A stretch of DNA of 64,000 nt from Patescibacteria group bacterium. GTDB lineage: Bacteria; Patescibacteriota; Minisyncoccia; CAIUEV01; JAHKAQ01. Positions 47,808-59,839 of the stretch are shown here, piece by piece; position 1 is the first letter of the stretch; each line of letters begins with the position of its first letter. The stretch lies in assembly GCA_034716235.1 (NCBI GenBank), contig JAYEHH010000019.1:16114-80113 (forward strand), in the 5' to 3' direction. The notes beneath the pieces were generated by a model. The model saw nothing but the letters and a program-made list of their open reading frames with translations, had not been told where the DNA came from and made no database searches. Made by a program: the position numbers and the translations under genes.

Positions 47808-47950
47808 AAAGTTCATAAAGTTCATAAAGTGATTTATCATTTCAGTCTTCGCGGAAATAATAGAGAAATAAGACAATTCATCATTCAAACCTTACAAACT
47901 TTACAAATTTTATAACTTTTCACTTTATAACTTTTCACTTTATAACTTTG
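47808..47950. repeat. MITE-like element with terminal inverted repeats made of GTTCATAAAGT units
   Basis: Left end 'aagttcataaagttcataaagtga'. Right end 'cactttataacttttcactttataactt' (reverse-complement units). Same unit family as 2284-2325 and 7105-7185. Confidence 0.5.
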
Positions 47951-47954
47951 CCAT

Positions 47955-48323
47955 ATGACTCTGCGAACCTATCTCAACTTAATGATAGTGGCAACTCTTT
48001 TTGCAGCCACAGCTTGGTTTTTAGTAGTTTATTATATTGACCCTATGGAGGCGGGAGGCATGGGGCTTGGTTTATTTTATGCAACTTTATTCTTTATGCT
48101 TGTAGGAGTTTTTACCGTAGTTGGTTTTTCTCTAAGAAAATATCTTTTAAACAATGAGCTGCTGTTTACCCTGATTGGACTTTCTTTTCGTCAAGCCGTT
48201 TGGATCGCACTTATAATTGTAGGATTGCTGATAATGCAAGGAGCTAGAATCTTGAATTGGTGGGATGCGACCTTATTAATAATTTCAATTTCTCTCTTAG
48301 AGGCTTATTTCTTAACAGAATAA
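47955..48323 (+). CDS. Small polytopic membrane protein
   Basis: 122 aa with four hydrophobic helices. Confidence 0.3.
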   Translation: MTLRTYLNLMIVATLFAATAWFLVVYYIDPMEAGGMGLGLFYATLFFMLVGVFTVVGFSLRKYLLNNELLFTLIGLSFRQAVWIALIIVGLLIMQGARILNWWDATLLIISISLLEAYFLTE

Positions 48324-48363
48324 AACATTGCTTTTTATTCTTTTTTGAGCGATAATGAAATAA

Positions 48364-50409
<2,046 letters not shown>

Positions 50410-50417
50410 ACTTAAAT

Positions 50418-51428
50418 TTATCTTTTCACCAACTGCCGAACTTTACTATAAAGAGAATACTTATTTTCTTGAATTGGTATTTCGTAAGTTGGATGAAACT
50501 CCGCGATGTTTCCTCCAAAACCCATTTTAAATCTGGTTACTCCGGGCCATTTTTTTTCGTCTATTCCCCAAAAATCATAATAATCAAAGCCTTGCTTTTT
50601 AGCGTCAAGGATAGCTTGCCATTGAAGAAGATGGGGAGCCATTAAATTTCGGTGCTGATTTGAAGATGCTCCATGAAGATAGGTGGCAACGCCCTGATTG
50701 AAGATTATTAAATTTGAAGCCAAGGGTTCCCCTTGATAAAAGGCAGTATAAATTTTTAGAAAACCACTTTTCTGCAGGCTAGCTATCATTGTTCGATAGT
50801 ATTTTTCAGGGTAAATAACAAATCCATCTCTAACTCCAGTATCTTTAGTTAATTTTAGAAAAGCATCTATTGCCTCTGGAGAATTTGCCTGCTTAATTAA
50901 AATATTCTTCTTGCTCGCTAATCTTATATTATACCTGGTCTTAGCTTTCATATTTGCTAATAATTCTTCGGGATCTTTTTTGAGAGATAAATATAAAGTT
51001 TTTTCTGGTTGTTTTGTTTTAGCTTGAGAAAGTTTTAATCCAGCTAATATGCAGAAATGATTTTCTAGTAAAGGTGGATTAAAACGTAAAAAGAAACAAC
51101 CAGACTTCTTGCAAGAATCACCTAATATTTTGAAAATTTGATTTAGCTCATCTGTTTTTAATTTTTTATAGTCCAACTCCGGTCCGAAAGGGCAATAAGC
51201 ATAAGAAAAAAAAGGTAACATTTTTTTTAAAACTAAAGTAGCCCTGCCAATAATTTTTTTATTTTTATCTTTAATAATAAACCTAGTTATTTTGTTGCCG
51301 GTTTTTTTAATGAATTCTCCCCATTCCCAAGATTGGAGAAACTTTCCTTCCATAAAAACAGAGCTGGAAAAATCCAGCTGATTGTAAACTTTTTTTTGAG
51401 TTACTTCTTCAACGGAAAACATAATCAT
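50418..51428 (-). CDS. FemAB-family peptidoglycan interpeptide-bridge aminoacyltransferase
   Basis: 336 aa; 'YLHGASSNQHRNLMAPHLLQWQAILDAKKQGFDYYDFWGI' is typical of the FemABX fold. Confidence 0.65.
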   Translation of the reverse strand: MIMFSVEEVTQKKVYNQLDFSSSVFMEGKFLQSWEWGEFIKKTGNKITRFIIKDKNKKIIGRATLVLKKMLPFFSYAYCPFGPELDYKKLKTDELNQIFKILGDSCKKSGCFFLRFNPPLLENHFCILAGLKLSQAKTKQPEKTLYLSLKKDPEELLANMKAKTRYNIRLASKKNILIKQANSPEAIDAFLKLTKDTGVRDGFVIYPEKYYRTMIASLQKSGFLKIYTAFYQGEPLASNLIIFNQGVATYLHGASSNQHRNLMAPHLLQWQAILDAKKQGFDYYDFWGIDEKKWPGVTRFKMGFGGNIAEFHPTYEIPIQENKYSLYSKVRQLVKR

Positions 51429-51443
51429 TATTAATAAAACCTG

Positions 51444-51905
51444 TTAAGAAAATAATTTAAAAATTTGAATAAAGATAAGAGATCCGATAATACCCAATAC
51501 TGCTCCTGAAATAGCCTCACTGATAGTGTGTCCTACTCGCTCTTTTAAGCGAGGATAATCCTTTTTGCCGTAATCTTTGACAAGACGGTTGATGGCTTTA
51601 CCATAAGTGCCAATGTAGGCTCGTAATTTAATAGCATCATAAACTATAAGCGTTCCCATGGTAAAAGCTATGGCAAAGATTGGGGAATCAATTCCTTGAT
51701 AATAACCAGCCGTGAATATCATAGCGGTTACACAGGCAGTATGAGAACTTGGCATGTGACCATACTCAAAAAGATATTTCCAATCAAGACCGTGTCTAAA
51801 AGAATGAACAACAAACTTAATAATTTGAGCTGAGATCCAAAGAAAAAATGGAATAGCCACCATGGCCCATTTTTCAGGATTAGAAAAGATTGTTTCACTA
51901 ATCAT
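51444..51905 (-). CDS. Divergent PAP2 (DUF212) acid-phosphatase-like membrane protein
   Basis: 'GHMPSSHTACVTAMIF' and 'YDAIKLR' motifs. Confidence 0.6.
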   Translation of the reverse strand: MISETIFSNPEKWAMVAIPFFLWISAQIIKFVVHSFRHGLDWKYLFEYGHMPSSHTACVTAMIFTAGYYQGIDSPIFAIAFTMGTLIVYDAIKLRAYIGTYGKAINRLVKDYGKKDYPRLKERVGHTISEAISGAVLGIIGSLIFIQIFKLFS

Positions 51906-52107
51906 GTAACTTACTTAGTTATTATTTTAGAAACTTTATTGATGGCATTTAATAGTTTACTAGAAAATACGAAAAACGGAAAGGGTAAATTATATAAATA
52001 TTATTTTAGGAATAAGTTCTGGTCTAAAGATTTGCCTTGAATTTTTATTAATGTATAATAAAAAAAGATATCGGTTAGTTATTCTTGCTAATTTTTAATA
52101 TTAAAAT

Positions 52108-52659
52108 ATGACCTTAAGTATAATACTGGTCCTAGTGCTTGTCATAGGAGGTTTTCTTGTCGGTATTTATAATGGATTAGTTAAACTTAAAAATAAAGTA
52201 GAGGAAGCTTGGTCCGATATTGATGTCCAGTTAAAGAGAAGATATAATTTAATTCCTAATCTTCTAGAGACAGTTAAGGGGTATGCTACCCATGAGAAAT
52301 CTGTTTTCAAGGAAGTTACCGAGGCTAGATCCCAAGCCATGCAAGCTTCTACTCCAGCCGATAGAGCTAAAGCAGAAAATGGTTTACAGGGAGCTTTGAA
52401 ATCTCTTTTTGCTGTAGCAGAAAGTTATCCAGAACTTAAAGCCAATGAAAACTTTCTTGATTTGCAGAAACAATTAGCAGAAACAGAGGACAAAATTCAA
52501 AACTCTAGGAGGTATTACAACGGCAATGTTAGAGATTTCAACACTAAGATTCAGATATTTCCCAATAACCTTGTATCTCCAATGTTTGGTTTTAAAAAAT
52601 ATGATTTCTTTGAAATAGCCAATGCTAAAGAAAGAGAAAATGTTAAAGTTAAATTTTAG
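52108..52659 (+). CDS. LemA-family protein
   Basis: N-terminal TM; 'YNGLVKLKNKVEEAWSDIDVQLKRRYNLIPNLLETVKGYATHEK'. Confidence 0.8.
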   Translation: MTLSIILVLVLVIGGFLVGIYNGLVKLKNKVEEAWSDIDVQLKRRYNLIPNLLETVKGYATHEKSVFKEVTEARSQAMQASTPADRAKAENGLQGALKSLFAVAESYPELKANENFLDLQKQLAETEDKIQNSRRYYNGNVRDFNTKIQIFPNNLVSPMFGFKKYDFFEIANAKERENVKVKF

Positions 52660-52694
52660 ATGTTAAATTTAAATAAATTAATAAATAAACTAAT

Positions 52695-53096
52695 ATGAAC
52701 GAAGCAAACAATACAGGTAGTCAGCAAGCTGGACAACAATCACCAGGGAAAGTTCCTTCACCAGGGAAAGCTCCTGCGGGAGGTCCAACAAGTGGCGGCA
52801 AGAATGATATTGAAGAGAACAAACTCTTCGGAGTTCTTGGTTACCTAGGAATTCTTTTCTTGATTCCTCTGTTGGCCAAAAAGGAAAGTCCCTTTGCTCA
52901 ATTTCACGCAAAACAGGGAATGGTGCTTTTCATTGTTGGGTTTGTGGGTAGTTTTATTATTTGGATTCCACTGGTTGGTTGGGCGATAGGAATTTTCTTG
53001 TTAGTTTTGATGATTATGGGGATTGTTAATGCTTTGAATGGTAAAACAAAAGAACTTCCATTGATTGGAGGCTTTGCCAAAAAGATCAATTTTTAA
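52695..53096 (+). CDS. Small membrane protein (DUF4870-like) with a Pro/Gly-rich N-terminus
   Basis: 'FAQFHAKQGMVLFIVGFVGSFIIWIPLVGW'. Confidence 0.35.
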   Translation: MNEANNTGSQQAGQQSPGKVPSPGKAPAGGPTSGGKNDIEENKLFGVLGYLGILFLIPLLAKKESPFAQFHAKQGMVLFIVGFVGSFIIWIPLVGWAIGIFLLVLMIMGIVNALNGKTKELPLIGGFAKKINF

Positions 53097-53113
53097 TTAT
53101 TTCTTTTATAAAA

Positions 53114-53145
53114 ACTCCTGTTAAAACAGGGGTTTTTTGTTTTTA
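53114..53145 (+). terminator. Rho-independent terminator
   Basis: ctcctgtt-aa-aacagggg followed by ttttttgttttt. Confidence 0.55.
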
Positions 53146-53233
53146 GAAAAAAGGAGTATAATAAAACTAACTAAAATTATTAAAGTCATTAAGGTGGTTT
53201 TTGAATCTATATTTTATTTTTGAATTTGATTAA

Positions 53234-54601
53234 GTGCAAACAAAAATTGTCTGTACCATAGGTCCAGCATCTAAAAGTAAAACAAAATTAAAGAAAATAA
53301 TTGAAGCCGGAATGACCGTAGCTAGAGTTAATTTTTCTCATGGAAGTCAGAAAAGTAATGGTAAATTGATTGATAATATTCGTTTGGCTGTCAGTGCAAA
53401 TAAAAAGAATGTAGGAATAATGGCAGATCTTCAAGGGCCGAGAATTAGAATTTTAAATGTAAAACAATCTGTTTCGATTAAAGAAGGTGGAATTATATTC
53501 CTACGAGAGGGCTATGCAGGAGAGCCAGAAAAGAAAAATAAATTGAATATTGGAATTGATAAAACTGGTTTGCTGAAATATTTAAAGAAGAAAGATTCCA
53601 TCTATATTGACAATGGAATGATGGAGTTATTAGTAATTTCCAGAGGAAAAGGATGGGCTAAATGTAAAGTTTTAGTGGGTGGAGAAATAAAATCCAGAAA
53701 GGGAGTAAATATTCCTAGAATTTCTTCAAAATTAGGAGCACTTACCGTTAATGATAAAAAAAATCTTAAATTTGCTCTTGGGAAAAATGTGGATTTTATA
53801 GCTATGTCTTTTGTTAAGACTTCTCGGGATATTATTAGACTGGCTAAAATTATAAAAAAGATGTTGCCGGGAATTGATTCTCGTCGGTTTCCAATGATTA
53901 TAGCTAAAATAGAGACTCAAGCGGCGATTGCTAATTTCGATAGTATTTTAAAGGTTGTGGATGGTGTTATGATCGCTCGAGGAGATTTAGCGATAGAACT
54001 ACCATTAGAACAAATTCCCGTTCTTCAAAAGGAGATGATTGGAAAGTGTTTACATAATGCTAAGCCAGTTATTGTAGCTACTCAGATGCTAGAATCTATG
54101 ATGGAGAATCCTCGTCCAACGAGAGCAGAAATTACTGATGTTGCTAACGCGGTTATTGATCATACCGATGCCTTAATGCTCTCTGGTGAAACTGCTATGG
54201 GTAAATATCCAGTTAAAACGGTACGAATCATGTCTAAAATTATTCGTTATACTGAAGCTGGTCCCTACGATGACATGGATTATAATAAAATTTTCATTAG
54301 AGAGTTGATACCGATGGCTTTTATTGCTCAAACGGCAGTAGCCTTGGCTGGTCAAACGAATATGAATAATATTATTGTTCGCAACGCTCCTTTGGCAGTA
54401 GTTTATAAAGTCTCTCGTTTTCGACCAGAAATTAATATTTGGTATCTTACTAAAAGTAAATATATTGCCAGAAAAGTTAGTTTAGTGTGGGGAGTTCAAG
54501 CCATTAGTAGCTTGAAAAATATTAAAGGGGGTTATATTTTAATTAATGGAGTCCCTGCAGAGAACGGAAAGATAGAGTACAATATAGAAGAGGGGAAGTA
54601 G
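53234..54601 (+). CDS. pyk: Pyruvate kinase
   Basis: 'MQTKIVCTIGPASKSKTKLKKIIEAGMTVARVNFSHG' and 'MIARGDLAIE'. Confidence 0.85.
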   Translation: MQTKIVCTIGPASKSKTKLKKIIEAGMTVARVNFSHGSQKSNGKLIDNIRLAVSANKKNVGIMADLQGPRIRILNVKQSVSIKEGGIIFLREGYAGEPEKKNKLNIGIDKTGLLKYLKKKDSIYIDNGMMELLVISRGKGWAKCKVLVGGEIKSRKGVNIPRISSKLGALTVNDKKNLKFALGKNVDFIAMSFVKTSRDIIRLAKIIKKMLPGIDSRRFPMIIAKIETQAAIANFDSILKVVDGVMIARGDLAIELPLEQIPVLQKEMIGKCLHNAKPVIVATQMLESMMENPRPTRAEITDVANAVIDHTDALMLSGETAMGKYPVKTVRIMSKIIRYTEAGPYDDMDYNKIFIRELIPMAFIAQTAVALAGQTNMNNIIVRNAPLAVVYKVSRFRPEINIWYLTKSKYIARKVSLVWGVQAISSLKNIKGGYILINGVPAENGKIEYNIEEGK

Positions 54602-54701
54602 TGCATCGCATTCGGAAAACTCGGAATTAAGCTGGGATTACAGTCGCTCAAAGATTGCGTGTCACCATTAGACCATATCCCGTAGATTTAAATTTAATAG
54701 A

Positions 54702-55214
54702 TTAAATCTTAGTAGCATCAAAGGAAACCGTTAATTGTGATTTTCTACTTCTCATTTGCCGAGTTTTAATGCCGGCTTTTTTAAATAGGAGCTTAGAAGC
54801 TTTAACAATATCTGTATTTGCATATTTATCAGATAAATAAATTACTTCTTTAATCCCTGATTGAATAATAGCTTTGGCGCATTCATTGCAGGGATGCAAA
54901 GGTACATAAATTTTACAATTTTCTAAATTACGACCAACACTATTTAAAATGGCATTCAGTTCTGCATGAGCAACATAAGGATATTTAGTTTCTAGAAATT
55001 TTCCTTTTCTGGCCCAAGGAAAATCATCATCGGAACAACCTTTTGGCATGCCGTTATAACCAATCCCTACAATTTTATTGTGTTTATTAGCGATGCAAGC
55101 GCCTAATTGCGTGTTAGGATCTTTACTCCTAAAGGCGGAAAACAAGGCAATCCCCATAAAATATTCATCCCAAGAAATATAACCCTTGCGTTTTGTGGTT
55201 TTTGGCATTGTCAT
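54702..55214 (-). CDS. dCMP deaminase (ComEB/cytidine-deaminase fold)
   Basis: 'HAELNAI' and 'PCNECAKAIIQSGIKEVIY' zinc-ligand motifs. Confidence 0.8.
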   Translation of the reverse strand: MTMPKTTKRKGYISWDEYFMGIALFSAFRSKDPNTQLGACIANKHNKIVGIGYNGMPKGCSDDDFPWARKGKFLETKYPYVAHAELNAILNSVGRNLENCKIYVPLHPCNECAKAIIQSGIKEVIYLSDKYANTDIVKASKLLFKKAGIKTRQMRSRKSQLTVSFDATKI

Positions 55215-55269
55215 TTAAAGTTAAACTGTTTAAATATATTTTTTAGATAATTTAAATATCAGACACAGA

Positions 55270-56655
55270 TTATTTTTTTACAATATCTTGCTCTCCTCGG
55301 CGGATATCAAAACGGTTTGGCTCATCATCTTGGTGAATTACTATTCCAAATTTACCAAATCTATTTTTTATATCTTTAATGATTTTGAGAATCTGAGCTA
55401 CCAATGTTGGGTGAACAAATCGGGTAGAGCGAAGTTCCATTATGTAGGTCAAGGCTTTTAGGTCTCCAACTATTCGGCAAGGAACTCGATACCCCATGGC
55501 AGTGTAATACTGTTTGATTTCATCACTGGCTTTTAGGTTGTTTATTGCTGTTTCCTGTTTAGCGATAAACAACTTGGCTTTTTCTCGTAAATCTTTTGGA
55601 AGAGAATTTAAATACCATTTTTCAAAACCATGCCGACGAGTTAGTAATGGCATCCTTTGGGCTACTGCTCGGTGGCGTTGAATATCACGGAATGAACCAA
55701 AATCTAGTAAAAATTCGTAACTCATTGTCCCACATTCTGAGATAGCTGGTGGTAAATCTGTTTTTTCTGGTCGCTTTTGTAAGATTTCTTTATAATTCTT
55801 TAATTTTTTCCTATCTATTCCATCAAAAATAAGTTTAAAGCCTCTAGCTTGAGGATTGATATAATAATTTTTTTGCATTATAAATTTATTGTAGCTTTCG
55901 GTTTTGGGAAATCTTTCATGGCCAAACGAACTGGAAAACATTTCCCTTAGAGCTTTTTCGGTTTTCTCTGCGATTTCCCTTACTTCATCCAGAGGGTGGT
56001 GGCGAAGCAACATTAACTCATCGGCAAATTGACGGAAATTCATTCGCCAAGCAGCGTTGGTTGAGGCTCCAGCCGGTAAAAATGCGCGAGTAATATCAAA
56101 AGCCCTAGCTACGATAGCTTTCTTGTAGAGTTCTTGATTTTCATTTTTTGCTCGCGGGAATTTTTTCTTTAAGTGTTCTCGTACTGGTTCTTGAGCTGTT
56201 AAATAAAATTCCCGCCAGTTTTCTAATATTTTTTCTCCCCGCTTAGTCTTTAAAGGATTCAAAAATTTTTGTTTGGAAAAATCTATATAACGAGTTGAAG
56301 ATTCTTGTCCGGAATAAAGTCGCCAATCCTGGATAGCCTTGATGGCTAGCATAGAAAGTCCTTCTATGAAAACGGTTGCATTCCCACAGTCTCCAATTGA
56401 TTTATGTCCATAACCGACATAAAACTGCTCCATAAAGTTTTCTGCTCCTTTTTCTTTTAATATCTCGAGATGATGTTTAATGCCTCCAATTGATCGTGAG
56501 TGCAAAGCTTGTAACATTGCTTCCGCTTCTCCATTAATCTTAGCCTCAGTATTCAAAACTAGAATAAAACTTCCTTGAGATAATTTTTTGACAATGTGTT
56601 TCTTTAAAATATTTGGTGAAGCCTCTTTTGTAGTAACAGACTGCTCATTCTTCAT
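55270..56655 (-). CDS. Long-form flavin-dependent thymidylate synthase-like protein (ThyX-like, internally duplicated)
   Basis: 'WRLYSGQESSTRYIDF' resembles the ThyX RHRxxSxxxxSxRY motif; a second 'IQRHRAVAQRMP' follows. Immediately downstream of dCMP deaminase. Confidence 0.4.
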   Translation of the reverse strand: MKNEQSVTTKEASPNILKKHIVKKLSQGSFILVLNTEAKINGEAEAMLQALHSRSIGGIKHHLEILKEKGAENFMEQFYVGYGHKSIGDCGNATVFIEGLSMLAIKAIQDWRLYSGQESSTRYIDFSKQKFLNPLKTKRGEKILENWREFYLTAQEPVREHLKKKFPRAKNENQELYKKAIVARAFDITRAFLPAGASTNAAWRMNFRQFADELMLLRHHPLDEVREIAEKTEKALREMFSSSFGHERFPKTESYNKFIMQKNYYINPQARGFKLIFDGIDRKKLKNYKEILQKRPEKTDLPPAISECGTMSYEFLLDFGSFRDIQRHRAVAQRMPLLTRRHGFEKWYLNSLPKDLREKAKLFIAKQETAINNLKASDEIKQYYTAMGYRVPCRIVGDLKALTYIMELRSTRFVHPTLVAQILKIIKDIKNRFGKFGIVIHQDDEPNRFDIRRGEQDIVKK

Positions 56656-56801
56656 TTTATTGAAATTTCTTAATTAATCCTACTTAACTTTTGTAAGTTG
56701 AACTTTCTAAACTTAATAAATGAGGGGTTTTTAACACTAGCTTGGAGTTGACCGACGGTATTCTCTCACGAGAATCCGCTTACCGTTTTATAAGTGTCGA
56801 T

Positions 56802-56897
56802 AATGTCGGCGAACCTCTACAATCTTTTTACCCCTAATTGATTTTGGGCTAATTGATAATTCTAGGAGAAGAATATTTTTAGTATAGTATAAATTTT
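56802..56897. repeat. Direct repeat copy A (about 90% identical to 59840-59962)
   Basis: 'tgtcggcgaacctctacaatctttttaccc...aattgattttgggctaattgataattctaggagaagaatatttttagtatagtataaatttt'. Confidence 0.7.
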
Positions 56898-56926
56898 GTG
56901 AAAATAAAACAAAAAACGAGGAACTT

Positions 56927-57754
56927 TTATTTTTTTCTTGAAAATATATTTTTAAAATAGGATCTGCGTTCAATAATATGGAAAAGGCTAATAATAAACA
57001 TGGCTATTCCTGTTTCAACATGCCATAGCAAAAGACTAAATGGCCAAGGAATTACGATATTCGTATTAAGTTTTACAATCAATAACATTCCCGACACACC
57101 TGAAATTAAAAACGTGATTAATAAAAAAATATTCCAGATTTTTTTATGGGTGGCAAGACTAATGATTTTTTTCTTTAATAATATAAAGCTGATGGAATAT
57201 AAAACAATCAAGAATAACGTTATTGGTAAAGCATGATAGGTTCTTTCAGATTTTTTATTATTTGTTTGAGAATTTATTTCAGACACATTGACTAATGTCT
57301 GAGTTTTTATCCCTACAGCAATATCTTTTGCTACACTTGGTTCTAAATCATATTCATCATGTAGAAATTGAAACGAATGAGTTGTTGTTAGCTTTACTTT
57401 TAGAAGTTCTGCTAATTTTTTTGCAAATTCTTTAGGATCGATTTGATAAATTTCAGCTATTTCGCTAACCGTTTTTGTTTTTAATTCTTTACCAGATATT
57501 AAATCGTGAATATCCTCGGTTTCTGTTGAGGCGACTGAAGTAACCTCGGAATTTACTGCGAGGCTGTTTTTATTCGGAGGTTCTGGTTGTGAATAATCGC
57601 ATATATTATCATTATTTGTATCTGTGTATCTACTGCATTCTCCTGGGGAAGGACAGTCTGTTTCATTATATGGGCAATTATTCCAGGCTAAAGATATTCC
57701 TGGAATAAAAAACAATAAACAAAATAATGCTAAGGTTTTGCTGATTCTATCCAT
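56927..57754 (-). CDS. Membrane protein with a Cys-rich extracytoplasmic N-domain and a four-TM C-domain
   Basis: Signal peptide, 'CPYNETDCPSPGECSRY...NICDY', and C-terminal TM helices. Confidence 0.3.
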   Translation of the reverse strand: MDRISKTLALFCLLFFIPGISLAWNNCPYNETDCPSPGECSRYTDTNNDNICDYSQPEPPNKNSLAVNSEVTSVASTETEDIHDLISGKELKTKTVSEIAEIYQIDPKEFAKKLAELLKVKLTTTHSFQFLHDEYDLEPSVAKDIAVGIKTQTLVNVSEINSQTNNKKSERTYHALPITLFLIVLYSISFILLKKKIISLATHKKIWNIFLLITFLISGVSGMLLIVKLNTNIVIPWPFSLLLWHVETGIAMFIISLFHIIERRSYFKNIFSRKK

Positions 57755-57894
57755 GAGCTATATCTTTGATTGGTTACATTTTATAAGGTAGTCATTATAG
57801 AGGAGAGCGCTCTCCTCTATGTGACCATAAGATTTATTCTTAATTATTGGCCCAATTTTTATTGCCTGATCTGCGGAAAAAACTGGTTCTGATG

Positions 57895-58335
57895 TTATTC
57901 GTTATCAGTGTTATTCATTCTTCCATACCCCTGTCCATTTCCTTTATTTCCGTCTTGTCTGTCCTGTCCCTTTCCATAACCAGCTCCAACTTGTTTGCCA
58001 TCACGCATTCTAAGTCCAAGCTCTTTTCGAATTTGGTCTGCTTCGTCTAGGTTGCCCTCTCTTGCTAGTTTATTAGCTTCGGCAAACTTAGAAAAATTTT
58101 CTGCGTTGATGACTTGAGTAACTCTTCCGCGTCCAGCCATAGATTCTTTCCATGTTTCATAATCGTTATTAGCCATCGCTTCAGTCATGGTGGCGTGTCT
58201 TTCTGGCGAATAGTTAGGGCCTTGTTTAGAATAATCGCCTTGATAAGCCATTACTGAGGAAGCAGTTAGGGCGCCCATCACTGCCACCACTAAACTTCCG
58301 ACTAAAACCTTGTTTGATTTTTTCATTTTCTTCAC
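57895..58335 (-). CDS. Small secreted Gly/Gln-rich hypothetical protein (locally GC-rich)
   Basis: Signal peptide 'LVGSLVVAVMGALTASSVMA'; low-complexity 'GAGYGKGQDRQDGNKGNGQGYG'. Confidence 0.3.
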   Translation of the reverse strand: MKKMKKSNKVLVGSLVVAVMGALTASSVMAYQGDYSKQGPNYSPERHATMTEAMANNDYETWKESMAGRGRVTQVINAENFSKFAEANKLAREGNLDEADQIRKELGLRMRDGKQVGAGYGKGQDRQDGNKGNGQGYGRMNNTDNE

Positions 58336-58430
58336 CCCCTTTCAATTAAGTTTAATAAAGTGGGAAAACTACTTCGACCTTTTCACTTCTTAATACTTCA
58401 AAAGGGGAGGATTTCTTTCATTGCTATATT

Positions 58431-59171
58431 TTACCGAGAACGCATTCCTCGTCTTTCCCAGGGGTGAATTCTATGAGCAATAAAGATTTTTCCTTGAATC
58501 ATTCTGCCAATCATTTTTACTTTTTCTGCTGGTTTTAGGGATGATCTTGGATGAAGTACTGCATTTTGAACATTAACGCTCCATTTTTCTCCTGAAAAAT
58601 CTTTTAATAAAATTACGTTATCATCTTGTTTCTCTAAAATTGTTCCGGCTAAAAATCCATTTTCTGGATTAGACCATCTTGAAATTTTATGTTCCTCAAT
58701 ACTAGCGTAAGAAGTTATTTTTTTGGCAAAAATATTATCAATTTTTTGGGCTCCGCCACTATAGAAAAATAAAAGCCCTAGTAAAATACTGATTAAGATG
58801 TTAGCTGTTATAACTAATTGAGCGGTATAACGATAGCCGGTTTTAGTGTGTTTAACACCAAAAATAGAGATTATAGAAAATAGGATTAAGAGTATAATCC
58901 ATAAGAATGGCAAAGAGGCGATGAAAAATTTAATACGAGAATTTAATGATTCCGCCAGAGTGTTGAAATCACTTTCCAAAACCGCATAAAGAATAATTGA
59001 AAAAACAATACCACCAAAAATTGCAAATATAAAAAACAAACTCCAAAAGAGATAATTTCTTAAGACATAATGCCAACAGGGATTGGGTTTAATGTTTTCC
59101 GTGGTGATTGTTTTTAGCAATTCTTGTGATTTTTTAGTTAGTTTTTTCATAATAATATTATTATAAATCAA
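58431..59171 (-). CDS. Putative membrane anti-sigma factor
   Basis: Its start overlaps the ECF sigma gene stop by 4 nt. Four TM helices with cytoplasmic and extracytoplasmic segments. Confidence 0.35.
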   Translation of the reverse strand: MIYNNIIMKKLTKKSQELLKTITTENIKPNPCWHYVLRNYLFWSLFFIFAIFGGIVFSIILYAVLESDFNTLAESLNSRIKFFIASLPFLWIILLILFSIISIFGVKHTKTGYRYTAQLVITANILISILLGLLFFYSGGAQKIDNIFAKKITSYASIEEHKISRWSNPENGFLAGTILEKQDDNVILLKDFSGEKWSVNVQNAVLHPRSSLKPAEKVKMIGRMIQGKIFIAHRIHPWERRGMRSR

Positions 59172-59755
59172 AAAGAAATATTCTTGGATGTAAATTTTTT
59201 GCGAAATGCTTTCTTTGCGCGATGGATAAGGGTTGCAATTGTACCAGACGGTTTTTTCAAGATATCAGAAATCTCACGATAGTTTTTATCTTCTAAAAAT
59301 TTTAGAATTAAAACTTCACTGTACTTTTTAGGAAGATCATCAAGAATCTTTCTAATTTCCATGGAACTAAATTTTTTATGCACCTGTTCAGCAAGGTTTA
59401 GCTCGGATGGCAAATTATTAAAAGCATCCTCATCAATTTTGATTTGCTTTTCTTTCCCCCGCGATTTAGTTTTCTTCCACTCTGATATAGTAGTGTTGCG
59501 AACAATTCGATAAGCCCAACTGGAAAATTTTAAACTACTGTCAAATTTATTTAAATTTTTCCAAATTTTTATAAAAGCTTCTTGTAAAACATCTTCGGCT
59601 CCTTCTCGGGGGAAATAAGAAATACGTAAAATATAATGTAGAAGTTTTTGTTCATAACGTTCAAACAAACAAGCAAAATACTTAATATTTTCTAATGATT
59701 TACGAACTAAATCTTCATCGCTTAATTTTTGACACTCTTTTTTTGGAATTTGCAT
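59168..59755 (-). CDS. ECF-type sigma-70 family RNA polymerase sigma factor
   Basis: Region 2 'DVLQEAFIKIWKNLNKFD' and region 4 'YSEVLILKFLEDKNYREISDILKKPSGTIATLIHRAKKAFRK'. Confidence 0.75.
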   Translation of the reverse strand: MQIPKKECQKLSDEDLVRKSLENIKYFACLFERYEQKLLHYILRISYFPREGAEDVLQEAFIKIWKNLNKFDSSLKFSSWAYRIVRNTTISEWKKTKSRGKEKQIKIDEDAFNNLPSELNLAEQVHKKFSSMEIRKILDDLPKKYSEVLILKFLEDKNYREISDILKKPSGTIATLIHRAKKAFRKKFTSKNISF

Positions 59756-59839
59756 ATATTATTTATCTTGGAAATACTTTCACAAATCTGCTGGCAGACT
59801 TTGTCCATTATGGATTAGCACAGATGAAAGCTAGCCCCG

